Source of the DNA: the human T2T-CHM13v2.0 reference genome, Homo sapiens
Reading direction: 5' to 3' (one strand)
NCBI RefSeq assembly: GCF_009914755.1
Contig: NC_060925.1
Length of the DNA stretch: 64,000 nucleotides
Shown here: positions 29,056 to 42,360 of the stretch, in pieces
How the letters are laid out: each line of letters starts with the position of its first letter
Numbering within the stretch: the first letter of the stretch is position 1
Translations under genes and position numbers: made by a program
Notes under the pieces: generated by a model
Told to the model about the DNA's origin: nothing
Databases searched by the model: none
What the model saw: the letters and a program-made list of their open reading frames with translations, nothing else

Positions 29056-32000
29056 GTAAATAATATGTTTTAGAAAAAATATTCATGGAAACAAATACAA
29101 TGGGAAATGGAAAATAATATTTAACATATGTTCCTTATACTCTGGACATTCTGTGAGAGTTTTTTTTTTTAATAGAAAAGATACAAAGTTTGCAAAATAT
29201 AAGGTTCCTGTTCTGCAGTCATAGTGGTACTTCAAACCCGTAAAAACCACAGTTGGAAAATTGACTTAATGGAGAAGTATCTTTGTTTAAGTTTGCAGAG
29301 AAAATTATATCATTATAGTATAATATTCCATAATTAGCATTAACATAATTAATATACATTAACAATATTTCAGAGAGAGGAAGTCATTTTTCAATAGTAC
29401 CAACTGATTCAAACCAAGAAGTTTAAGTGACTCAGCCAGTTCTTGGCGGTAGAAGAGTTGAAATTTTACTCAGATGATTCCTTTCCCATTAGTTGACATT
29501 AGAGTTTCCATAGATATACTTAAAATCAATGCCTTTTAATTGGATTGTAAACTTCCTGTAGGAATATGTTGTTAGTTGTATTGCTCACTTTTGTTTATGT
29601 GTTTCATTTATTCCAGAAAAGTCATGTAGATATGAAAATAGCAGATAGATGAGGCTCAATAAAAGCCTGATAGATTCTGTTTTCACCACCTCCCCTTGCT
29701 TGACATATGCCTTCATCCTAATTGTGTTATCCTACCTGTACCAATAGTACAAATAAATTAACAATATTCAACATCTCAAACTTGATTTCACACTCCTTAG
29801 TGAGTTCTGTGAAATTTCCATGCTTCATCATTTACAGCTACTCACAAAAAGTATGTGTGAAATAACTGTCAAGCCACAGAGGCAAAACATGAAGAAGTAA
29901 TAATTCATCTGTAAAAAAAATCTGTATATGGTATATGAGCACTGACAGAACTTTTTTTCTTGACATTCAATTCCAACACTATAGAATTCTGCATCTGTCT
30001 AAGAAACCAGAAAATGAGTAACACAGGGCTGCCAAAACAAAGTGATGCTATAATTATCGGGCCTTTTAAAACTTCCCCATATTTTTCCATACACTGACAA
30101 TGGCTTATGCATAGTATAATCATGTCTTATCCAGTGAATTATATGTTTTTTCCCCTTTTAACTAAGTTTTTTTTAAGCAATCCTTTGTTAAACTTCAGCT
30201 TCAAAATAATTTTAAAATCTTATAATTTTTCACTTTCTATATATCCCTACACTTAACTCACTGACAAATACTAAGTATGCAACTGTAGACACAGTTTTCA
30301 AAAAAGAAACATAATTGACATAGTTATTTATGAGTTTTTCTGGTATACAGTTCACACTCCCCTCAATAAAACAAGCATCCACTTTTCCATATGCTGCATT
30401 TTGGATATCTGTAAGAATGATATCTTACTTCAGGTACATTTACTGAACACTACTGTCAAAAAGAAAAGACTGAAAGCTTAATTCTAATTATTAATACAAA
30501 TTTTTTCCATTCAATGTGAATTAAAGGAATTTCAATTCATCAAGAACTAATCACACTTCATTCTGTATTTTTTATTCTTCTTATGGTCAACACGTATGAA
30601 GCAGTTAAGGTGCATGATAATCGAAGTGCTGTTTGTGGTTGAATAAATTTAATACACTTGCTTCATCAGCACAGCATATGAGAAAGTCTCCTGGCATATT
30701 TAGCTTGATTGGTTAAGATATTACACTGGATTTCTGATATTACAGATTTCAAATACAATAGGGATGGAGTGAGGAATTGCTTTTATTCATCTCTTATATG
30801 ACATAAAAATTGGCATGAAAATAACTTTCTTTTCAAAAACAAGCACAAATAAATAAACTGTAATCCAATCGTCATCATATTAATGGAAAAATAAATAAAT
30901 ATTCATTTCCTTTTATAAGAGGAGACTACCACAAACTTCTCAGGTATATTTGGGACTTCAAAAATAATCCAGTAATGTAATACAGGGAGTAGACAGTTTT
31001 TTCAGAAACCTCATATTTTAAAAAATCCAGCATATTCTAAATATTAGGTGGGCTATGAAGGTCTAATTTAATATGTATTTAGCAACCCATTATCTATCTC
31101 CATATCTCTTTGTAGAATTATATAAAGTCATATATTCAATTTTACTTTCTAGTCCTCCCATCAAAATATTTATATTCTATCCACTTCCATTGCTAATGCA
31201 TACACAGACAAGTTTTACAAGAATTTTTGTCTTGTTAAAGGTAAGAGAACTAAATATAAAACAATGACAACAACACAAATAGAAAATACTTATTCTATAT
31301 ATAAACTTCTTAAAATGTTCATTTATATAGTTCATGTATGCTATTCTTCCTTCTGGATTAGATTTCCTTTGGAACAATGTATTTTACTTATTTGATTCCC
31401 AGAGTTTAATATGATATGATATGTGGCATATAGTAACAAAATAGAAGGCTTGTTTTTCTTTTTAAAATTATATTCAGAAAGAAGTATTTCATTCTTTCTT
31501 TCATCCTCATTTCTCACCATCTGCCCTGCTCCCCATTCTTTCATTAAAATAGAATAAAATATGGAAAATAATTAATATAATTATATCTTCAGATCAGAAC
31601 CAACAAACTGGCATTTGATGTTCCTTAAGTAGAACAAAGAGCAATTGAATAATTATTAGTCAAACTATACATGAACATAAATACTAAGAGTAGAACATGA
31701 CTTCCAATCCAATCTTAGGTACATTTTATGGCAATATAATGCCCAAACAATAGTTGATAGTTATTACAAATTACTGAGGCAAAAGTAGATGAATTAAAAT
31801 ATTTTTCTAGTTACCTAAACTTAGCAGCTTACTGTAAATCCAGAATTTTATAAACTGTATTAAAAATAAACTGACACACACATTTTCTCAGTCAAGGATT
31901 AATGAGATCTTAATAGAAGTTTTAAAACATCAACATACTTGATGTTTAAGAAACTTGGGGAGGAAGAAGAGGATAAATAAAGTGAGCACAGATTTTAAAT

Positions 32001-32904
32001 TCTGTATACTTTTTTTTGGTAGAATGACATCAGCATTTTGAATGTATATTGTAACCACAATTCTTTTTAGGAATCCAATCAGTGAAACCATTTTTTTCTT
32101 ATATCTAGATGTTTATCTAGCTGACTTACATGTTCCTTAGGTAAATATAAATGTACTACATAGCTTTTGAAATGTTTGCTACCAAGCAGTATTAAACTAC
32201 TATATTTAAATACGATATTTAAATATGATATTTAATACCTTAATCTTAAAAAGACAATCAGTGAAAATTAAGTTTAATAATGTATAATCTGAGCAGCTAA
32301 TTATACTGAGAATTTAGAAGTGCAGGCTTAAATGTGTGTGTGATATTGATCTGACACCTCAGGAATAGCTAATTAGATTACTCATAATTCCCTAGGAAAT
32401 AAGTAAAGGGCACATGAGAATGGATATAGCTTTGGTTTAAACATGATTTTATTACGGTCTGGACATTTAAAAGTACTTAAAATGATGTAGAAAGGCAACT
32501 GGAAGTCATTTGACTCTTCCTCTCTAATTAAACCTGTCTGATATGGATTAGTGATCCATGAAATAGGGACAAGCTTAGTCCTTCTAATATTAGGAATCTT
32601 GACCATTTAATTGGTCCCCAGCATCTTATTACTGATGCTGTTTTCCAAAAGATCATGCCTTTCTACCAGGTGACAGTGATTTTTTTCATGTTGTTTGTGT
32701 ATTATACTGTAGTAATGCCGTGTATTACTTTTTAAATCAAGACTGATTCTCCTATAGCTAAGAATTTTCAAGATATACCAATCTTTGTGTTTTCTGTCTA
32801 CAAAATTTCAATGAACACAGTAACAGAATGGCCTTATAAAATGCTTAGTATCCGCAGACTGAGCAAAGAAATCATAGGATTGTGGATGATTCAATCTGTG
32901 GGTG

Positions 32905-33100
32905 AGGCTGAATAGGGTCTGAACCTTGGCTACTGGCTCATTAAGTGTTTGACTTTGGACAATTCACTGACTGACCTTGCTTAATCAGAGTTTCCTCATT
33001 TATCCAATGTAGACAATGATAGTTACCTCATATGGTTTTTGTGTAGATTGGATAATATAAAATATTTGGCCTATTACTCTATAGCTGGTAAGTATTTAAA
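32905..33100 (+). mobile_element. MIR
   Basis: tgactttggacaattcact...agtttcctcatt...acctcatatggtttttgtg. Confidence 0.65.
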
Positions 33101-33273
33101 TTACTCTGTTGATTGGTAATGTATTTTATTGTTAATAATTTTCCTAATGTATTTTATTGTTAACATGGGAATAATAATAAACCATTTGAGGACAGTTAGT
33201 AGCAGAAAGTGGCAGCACAGGGACTTAAATCCAGGCAGTCCTTGGTATTAAACACTATACTGTACTCTCTTAC

Positions 33274-33457
33274 CTGGATCTATGGCACGAGGTTTCAATG
33301 AGGCTACTTTGGGCTGGACTTCCCTCCAGTGTTGCTGATGGTGTTGCCAGCACCCAACCTGTGGCCTATTACTCTAAAATGGCTCCCTTTCACTGCCATG
33401 GTGGCTGAAAATCCAGTGGTGCTCTCCCCTGCTGCTTCTAGCTGCCAGCCAAGTGCT
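33274..33457 (-). other. Candidate exon (184 nt, or 207 nt from an alternative acceptor at 33480) containing a 31-aa smORF at 33304-33399
   Basis: Acceptor ctttctctttAG, donor CAG|GTAAGA, internal GCCACCATGG. Confidence 0.3.
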
Positions 33458-33859
33458 CTAAAGAGAAAGCTTTTATCCACCTTGAAAGAAAGTAATTGTT
33501 ATTTTTCTTATGGGTATTTGCAAAGATAAACACTCTTATGTATAAATCCTGACATTTTCTTGCTTACATTTTCATTGGTCACATTCTTAAATTTTGCATT
33601 CAAGAATATATACATTTTGAATGTTAATGAATGCTGGCAAATTATATTCTGAAAAGGCAATGCCAAATCTTACTATCACCAATAATAAATGAGAGAGCCT
33701 ATTTCACCATACATTCACTAAAAACTGGATATTCTCAAAGTTTTTTGAAATTTTTCATCAACGTTATAGGTTTAAAAATGTGTTATTATAATAACTTGCA
33801 ATGAGGTTGAAAACCTTAAATTTATTGGACATTTTCTCTTTTCTAAATTAATACATAAA

Positions 33860-34110
33860 AGTTAATGCATGTGACCTACATTACAGAATGCTTGGCATGT
33901 GTCTGGTTCTGTGCTAAGAAGATTTTGATATCCTACTGGGTCTTCAAAAATTTCGGGTATGGTATGTTATATTTTTACTCCCATTTTACTGATAATTTAT
34001 AGAAAACTGATATAGTACCCTCCAAGCCACACAACTAGCAAGAGTTGAAGCTAGATACAAATCCATATTTATAATCCAGCTACAGAAATGGTTCCACTTT
34101 CCAAGCTCTA
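33860..34110 (-). mobile_element. MIR
   Basis: cccattttactgat...gaaaactga...ccaagccacacaactagcaag. Confidence 0.55.
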
Positions 34111-34539
34111 ACCACATATGCATATATCCCGTATCCATTTTCTTACGTGTCTTTTTGTCCTTGATTTAGCAATACAAAAAGAATTTGTTTGTTTATTCAA
34201 CAAAAGGGAGTTAGATAAAGGTATTTTAGTTAAAGTCTCCCCAGCAGTTATTAAGTCCATTGACTGGGACCAGCAAAGATCACATACATTGAGAAACAAA
34301 TCACCTCTCTCCCTGTGTGGGCCAACAGGAAATCAGAACATGGGAACTATAATCATACCTCTCGCAGGCCTTCTTCCCTATTCCTTAGGAATAATGGAGG
34401 AGCTCCAGAAACCTACCCCTTCCCAGACCCCAATACTCAGGCATGACTCTCCCCTTTGGACCCTTCAGGATTAATCACATTATGTCCTTTATTGTTGCTT
34501 GTATCTGCTACAAAAAAGTCAAGGATGATGCATCGTTTA

Positions 34540-34710
34540 TTTCAAAATAACTAAAAGTAAATTTCACATGTTTCACTAGGAATAATGATGGGTAGGCAAG
34601 GTGATCGATATGTTGATTACCTCGATTCAATCATCCCACATTGTATACACATATTAAAACATTACATTGTACCCCATAAATGTATACAATTATTATTTGT
34701 CAAAAAATCT
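34540..34710 (+). mobile_element. L1MA 3' end fragment
   Basis: gatatgttgattacctcgattcaatcat...cattgtaccccataaatgtatacaattattatttgtcaa. Confidence 0.7.
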
Positions 34711-35713
34711 TAAATCCCACATTCCCAGCTCACCAACCATCCCCAATTTCTTACTCTTTCTCATCCTTCCAAAGTTCATAAAATTCTTCCACTCTGTATT
34801 CACAAATTCAGTTTATTATCAGTAAAATCTGCTATTCTTGAACTATTTCTGGAAATTCCCATTACTGTTTTGCTCTTGAGAAAAGTTGACTCTGCAGTAA
34901 GTACAAAGTGTTTTTTGCATCCTCTAAACTGGTAGCTTTTTTCTCTCCTCAAGCCTTTTACTCCTAGGCTGGAAGGAAGAAGATACCTTTGAGCCTCATT
35001 TCTGCTTTTGGACTATCCTCCTTCCATAACACCCTCCATATTTGTGTCTCATATCATCATATTATATGACCCACTACCTCCCATATCAGATGTCCTCTAT
35101 CAACCCCAGTTCCCTTTGCCCTCTGTTCTCAATAATGCTCTATTTTTCATAATCACTTTTTCTAATATTACACATATCTGAATTCATAGCAATTTCACCA
35201 TATCTGCAATTATCTTTTAACATATCGGCCTTTAAATTCTTAAACTCTCCGCATCAGAGATCTTATCTTCCACCCTATCAGGTGGAACTGCAATACTTCC
35301 ATAATCTTAACTTAATGCATTCCCTGTCAGAGGACCACATTATTCATGCCATTCACTTTTAGCTAGCACCTGATCCAATCTAATAACCTCCAATCCATTA
35401 ACCACAACACATTTTCATTGTTTCCCACTCCCTCGATGTCCCTACTTCCTTCCTTGCCCAGATTATTCTGCAGTTAATCATTATACTCACTCGTGTGCAT
35501 ACTCTCTCAATTATCCTGTACCCTTATCTAACTTCCTTACATTTGTTTAATAATGAAAATTCATCAGTTTAGTTATATTTAACACTCTGCCTCCCTGCTC
35601 CTTGTCTCTTTTCAGCCAATAACCTTAGTTTTCATTGCATTGAGATATGAATTCATTAGACTCTCATCCCCCCATAGAACTGACTACCAGCCTGCCCTTC
35701 TCTTACCATAGTC

Positions 35714-35910
35714 CAGGGTTCTCAACTTTGGAAAAACTGATATTTTGGGCTAGATAATTCTTTGTTGTGGGAGCTGGAGGATGTCCATCCCTGACCTTTA
35801 TACTCAATGCCAGTAGAAACTCCCTCCCAGTTGTGACCATCAAACATGTCTCCGGACATTGCCAACTATTTTTGGCAAGGGAGGGTAGATGCTCTTTCTT
35901 GTTGAGAACT
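35714..35910. mobile_element. MER20 (hAT-Charlie)
   Basis: cagggttctcaac...attttgggctagataattctttgttgtggg...cagttgtgacc...tgtctccggacattgcc...gttgagaac. Confidence 0.85.
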
Positions 35911-37331
35911 AATGTCATAGATGAATTTTCTGTAGTCCTAACTAAAACCAATTCCTTCCTTTGTTCTCTTATCTATTATTTTCTTCTTTCTCTTATATCA
36001 TTTATTTTCCCTCTCATCTTCATAAGCATACAAATGTGTTTATTTCTCCCATTTTTTTAAAAAAAAGGAAAAAAATAATTCTCTTTATCTCACTTCCCTC
36101 TATTTTCGTATGTTTTGTTCTGCCATGAAGCTTAAAAAAAATAGAAAAAACTCCGACAACTATGTATTAGCTTTAGTAAAGCATGTGTAAGAAAGCCGAA
36201 CATTTCAGAAGAATTGACTCACAGGAATTTTTTAAAAGCCAGGTTTACTGTTCAAAATTGGTAATGAACATTTCCTTTGTTATGATATTTGGGTTAGTTT
36301 TTGATTAATAGACCAGATTTTCATTTTTTAATTAGAAAAATGCCTAAATTGTTTATATTTTTATGGCTTTTCTCAGTATGAAATATTTTCAATATCTCTG
36401 TTTTTCATGTCTGTCTTGGAATGTAAAAGTTTTAGAAATGAAAAACCTTTTCATGATATGTGCTGTACTAAGTTTGTCACAACGTCTAAGGCTAAGGGAA
36501 AGATGCCAGATTTTCTTCTTAAAAACACAAGTTCTTAAAAGAATTGTCTCTACTTACAGTGTCTAATTCCTCTCCTTTCTTAGATTCATTGCAATCTGGT
36601 TTTTGACCCTACCAACACAAATAAACTGTTCTTGTTAGAGTCACAGATGACATCCACATGGCTAAATTCAATTGTCAGTTCTCAGTTCTCTTCCTACTAC
36701 ACTTATTAACAGAATGGGCACGGTTGATTCTCTGATGCATTTTCTCTGCACGCCTTTCATTGTACCACATTCACTACATTTTTATTCCTATTTCATTGAT
36801 GGCTTTCAGGAAATTTTCTTTGCAGTCTGTTCTCATTTTTCTGCCTCTTGAATATAAGACTATTTTCAGGGCTTACCACTTGCTCTTCTTCTCTTTTCTA
36901 TCTATACTCACTATTATGGTGGTCTTCTTTAGCATAGTGAATTTAAATATCAGTTATAGGCCATTAACCCCCAGATGTATTTCTCTAGCACAGATCTCTT
37001 TTACAGCCTCCAGATGTGTATATCCCACTCTTTTCTTGACATCTCTAGTTGAACTGATGCATCTAGTGCATTCCTTGAACTTATCATGTTCAAATCCAAA
37101 CTCCTGATTTTTCAACACTCCAACTATAGTCTTCCCATCTCAGTTACTGACACCCCTCTTCTCCCAGTTATTAAAAAAAAATCTGGAGTCAATTTTAATA
37201 CCTCTCTTTCCATTATATCAGGCATTACTCTCAAAATATTTGCAGAAACCAACCACATATTTCCACCTCCACTGTTATTACCTCGTTTGAGCTACCATTA
37301 CCAATTACCCAGAATATATCAGCTATTAAAT

Positions 37332-37890
37332 TGTGGTAGACTGCATTATTGTTTCTAATACATTCATATATTCACTGATCTTTCGTGTGAGAGTATTATT
37401 CAGTTGTTGATTTCAATTTGACTTGTATTCAGGGCCAGCTTCATGAGTGTGTGACCTTCACTTGGTTTAATACTCTGTTATTACCACCTTGAAATTCCTA
37501 ATGGTTTTTGAACAAGCGATAATGTATTTTAATTTTGCATTGGGCTTCTCAAATAATGCAGCCAATCCTGCTTGCGGTGCCACTCGACGAAGGAGAAGAG
37601 TTGGCTAATAAAATTCATGGATAAGCCAGGTAGTATTTCCTGGGATCATCTTAAAGAGCAATTTGTGTAGTGCCTCCATTTATTTTCTTTCTTTTACTAT
37701 AAGAATGATATGCTCAAGATATGAGCTGCCCTTTTATCCTGAATTTGAAAATGAAGGAGACCCAGGGTACTGAGCCATAGCTAATCCCAGCAAACAGCTA
37801 ACTTAAATGAGCAATACATTTTTGTTATATAAGCACTGAGATTTTGGAGCTTGCCTATCTCAGCATAAGCTAGTTAATGCTGACCAATAT
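37332..37890. mobile_element. MLT1-type MaLR LTR remnant with a nested MER53 (~37430-37570)
   Basis: tgtggtagactg... start and taagcactgagattttgg...cagcata..ctag end; cagggccagcttcatgagtgtgtgacc...gccaatcctg resembles MER53. Confidence 0.55.
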
Positions 37891-39509
37891 AGAAATTTCC
37901 CTGCCTCATCCTTGCCTTACAGAGTTTGTTCCGTATACAGTAGTCAAAGTGATCCTGTTAACAGTGAGGAGAAATCATATCATTTCTCTCCTCAAAACTA
38001 GGTGACGACTACTCATTTCATGTAAATGAAGAGCCAAAGTTCTTGAAATGGCAAGTGTGATTTTCTTCCCCCAGACCCTTTACTTATTTGACTTAATCTC
38101 TTGCTATGCTCCCGCATTCTCACTGCACCCCAGACATATTACCTTCCTTGCTGTCCCGTGAAACAGTCAGGCTCACTTCCAATCTTAGACCTTTTCTCTA
38201 GCAGTCACATTTTTAGAATGCTCTTCCTCCAGATATTTGCAATGCTAACTTTCAAATTGTTGTTCAGGTCATATTTTTCTGATGAGGTAAACGCTGACTG
38301 CTCTAAATAATTTTGCATCCTCCAAACTAGTATATTGGATCCAGCTTTTATTCTTTTACTTTGTTTCCAATAGCACTTCTCATCTGTTAACATAATATTA
38401 ATATATTGTAATGTATTATATATTTTTATGCATACACCATCTCCCTCCATTAGAACATAAGCTTCATAAGCGCAGTGGTCTTTGTTTTTACTGTTTTCCA
38501 AGTGACTGAAATACTGCCTAGTACATAGTTAGTGCTCTATAGTAATTTATTAAATATTTGGAGATTCAAAAAGATACATTTGTGAATATGTTTTTATGAA
38601 CACATTACTCTCTGCCTATATGCTTTTAAGTCTCTTGCTTGTTTTTTATCTCCTCACATTCTTTTGACCAAACCTTAAATCTGGTTAAAACTCATCCTAT
38701 AATGGCTCAGTCACTGTACCCCAGTAGGTGAATGTTGCTGGAGAAAAACAATCATATTGAGTTGTTTCACCTTAAGTTTAGGACCACAAACAACTATCAG
38801 GCCCTTAATTCTGCCAGGCAGGTGTACTACATTTCCTTGTTCCATCCTTTCTCCCTTTCCCAGAAAAAAATCAATTGCCTTTTGTTTCCTTTATAGACAT
38901 CCATCCTCTTATTTTTATTCTCACTCTTACTGAAATTCATTGCCTTCAAATTGGACTAAAAAATAGAAACACCCATAAGAGTACTTCTACAAACTTCAAT
39001 AATTACATACACAGACACTTTTGCATTTCTGCTCACATACTATGCTTTCCCTCCAGTTGCACTGGATGAATTCTTCACACTCATGTCAGAAGCCAACGCT
39101 TCCAATTATCTAGTGAATACTATCCTTTGCTTCTTCAAGAATATCATTCTGGCATCCTCCCTCACCCCCTCTAGAATATAATCAGGCTTTCCCTCTCTAG
39201 GCGGTGATTTTCATTAGGATTCATAAACAATATAATTCTCTCAACTTAAAAGAAAAATAACCTATATCTCCAATCAGTTATTGTATCAATTTTCTACTTT
39301 TTCTTATTATGAAGATCCTTAGCAAAGTTGTCTGTCTTTGCTGCCACTAATTCCTCTCAAGGCAGAACTTTCCCTTACTACTCCACTATTCTATATTCAC
39401 ATTTAATGTGTACACACATATATTCAATACATTAATTAACGAAAATAAAATATACTATAAAGAAATCAAGATTCCCATCATAATATAAATGGGTAAAACT
39501 ACTTACTAG

Positions 39510-42360
39510 GGGAGTAACATCAGTGAGTTGGAGAACTAGGAAGCTCCAGGCCCTTGTTCCTCCACAGAACATTAAAATATTACTAGAGACTGGCTAAAGT
39601 AACTTACAGAAGCTCTGGAAATCAGTCACAGATCTATAGCAACCAAATGAATGTCCAATTATGAAAAATTCACATTTAAAAGGAAATTGGGTGGCATTTT
39701 ACAAACCCTGGCCCCACTTCCTCCCTTGTGAAGCATGATGTGGTTTGAAGGAAGTGTTGTTTCAGTCCCTAGTTCCTTTCTGAGAACCATAGAAAAGCAG
39801 AAAGAACTAATTAGTGACATTCAAGCCTGCCTATTGGCTGCGTGAGGAATTGGTCTATTGGGCATTAGACAGCCAAACCTGGCACATCTCGGATTATGGG
39901 CTATGTCTTTACCTGTAGCCCTTGAAAACTACAAAGGAACTACAGACTACAGATACCTGGAGCAAGAGATCACCGGTGGAAGAATACACTAGAACAGTTA
40001 AGACCACAAGAAGAAATAGGGATTAGACTCTAAGAAATAAAGAGACTTTAAAACAACCATCTATGTAGGGAAAACAGAAAGAAGTACACACACAGGCCTA
40101 GGGGAAACATGCCCAGAAAAGACCTGAGAAGACTATAAGCCTTTGCACAAGAATGATTCTAAGGTTCGGAGTGAAGATCTTACCCTGAACAGAGACAGAC
40201 TGCAAAGATTTGGACAGGTGGCTGATTTTTAAAGGTCCAATTTTCAACAAAAGGTCACCAGCATAAAAAAAGACACAGGAAAAAAATGTACATTTAAAGA
40301 AATAATCAAATCACTAGTGGTCATTCTTGATGAAATATAGGCATTGGACTTACTAGACAAAGACTTTAAAACATCTGTCTTGAATATGTTCAGAGACTGA
40401 AAGAAATACACAATAGGAAAGAAATACACAATAGGAATAGAATAATAGGAATAGAATAAAACTATCTCAACAAAATAAAGGTCATATATAAAAAACCCAC
40501 AGATAGCATCATTTTTAGTAATAAAAGAATGAAAACTTTTCCTGTAACATCAGGAATAAGACAAGAATGCTCACTTTTACCCCTACTAGTTACCTTCAAA
40601 GTAGAAATCCTACAGAGCAATTAGAAAAGTAAAATAAATAAAAGGCATCTACATTGGAAAGGAAGAAGTAAAATTACCTTTGTATACAGCTCACAAGACA
40701 GAATTTTATAACCAGACAACTCTGACAATTCCACAAACACGTTTTTAGAACAAATAAACAAATTCAGGAAATTGCAGCATACGAAGTTGACAAGTAGAAA
40801 TCAGTTGTGTTTTTATATAATAACAATAAACAGCCTGAAAAGGAAATTGAGGAAACAATTTTATTATAATAGTATTTAAAATAATAAAATACTTAAAAAT
40901 AAACTTAATGAAGAAAACCACATTTTTTTTTTTACTAAAAACTACAAAACATTGTTAAAAACAAAAAGATGTTACCAACAAATCGAAAAACAGGACATGT
41001 TCGTGGATCAGACATATTTAAGATTTTAAGACTATTAAGAGTGATCTACAAAATGAAATCATTATCAAAATTTCTACAATGTTTTATGTAGAAATAGAAA
41101 AATCAATTCTAAAATTTGTATGGCATCTCAAATATACAGAACATCCAAAACAATCTTAAAAGAAGAACAAAGTTGGATGTCTTATACTTTCTTATTTCAC
41201 AAATTACTGTAAATCCACAATAAATAAAATAATTCAATAATGGGATAAAAACAGACAGGTAGACCAAATAGAATAGAGAGATCATAAATAAACCCTCATA
41301 TATATGGTCAAATGATTTTTGACAAGGGTTCCCAGTCCATTCAGTGGAGTAAAAGCAGAATTTTAAACAAATGGTGTTTGGAAAACTGGATGTCTGCATA
41401 CAAATAAAAAAGGTGTACCCTTACCATATACTATATATGAAAATTAACTTAAAAAATAGATCAAAGTCCTAAACATAATAGATATAATTGTGAAACTCTT
41501 CAAAGAAAATACAAGAAAAAAATTTCATGGCATTACATTTGGCAATGATATCTTGAATATGACAACAAAATCACATGCAACAAAAGAAAAAAATACACTT
41601 ATCAAAATTTAAAATTTGTGTATCAAATGATATTATCAACAGAGTGAAAAGGCAATCCACAGAATAAGATAAACTATTTGCAAATCATATATCAGATAAG
41701 AGGTTAATATCCAGGATGTATAAAAAACTCATACAGCTCAAAAACCAAAAACCAAATAGCCCCATTAGAAAATTCAAAAGCTTGAATAGCTTTCTCCAGA
41801 AAAGACATTCAAATTGTCAAGAATCAAGTGTTCAACATCACTAATCATTAGGGAAATGCAAATCATAACCGTGAGATACTTCACATCATTAAGATGGATG
41901 TTTAAATGAATACATAAATTAGTGAATGAGGATGTGGAGAAAAAGAAGTTGGTTAGAATATGGAGAAATTGTAACCTTCATGGGAATATAAAATGTTTCA
42001 GCCTCTACAGAAAACAGTATGGCAGTTCTTCAAAAAATTAGAAACAAAATTACTATATAATCCAGAAATTCTACCTCACATTATATGCCCCAAATAATTT
42101 AAAGCAAGGACTCGATGAGATATTTGCAGACACATGTTTATAGAAGCAACCTAAGTTTCAATGGATGGATGAATGGATGAACAAAATGTGGTATATACAT
42201 ACAATGAAATATTATTTGGCCTTAAAAAGAAATACAATTTGGAAACATGGTACAACAGAGATAGACCTTGTAGACATTATGCTAAGTGAAGTACATTAGT
42301 CTCTAAAGGAAAAAAATACTGTATTATTCCATTTATATGAAGTATCCAGAGTAATCCAGT
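39510..42360 (+). mobile_element. Old L1M (L1MA/MB-type): 5' region joined to the ORF2 3' half and 3' UTR start; large internal deletion
   Basis: Degenerate ORF2 (caggaataagacaagaatgc, ggaaaggaagaagtaaaatt, cactaatcattagggaaatgcaaatc) from ~40460; L1-like 5' sequence from 39510. Confidence 0.75.

Larger units (their letters stand above)
34750..39360 (+). mobile_element. Fragmented L2 region, interrupted by MER20, an MLT1 LTR and MER53
   Basis: Repeated L2 motifs (ctaaattcaattgtcagttctcagttctc; ctctagcacagatctc...ctccagatg; gcctagtacatagttagtgctc); pyrimidine-rich + strand. Boundaries approximate. Confidence 0.6.

Noticed and set aside
33117-33163. 19-bp direct repeat TAATGTATTTTATTGTTAA
   Set aside because: Simple local duplication in AT-rich DNA with no insert of note.
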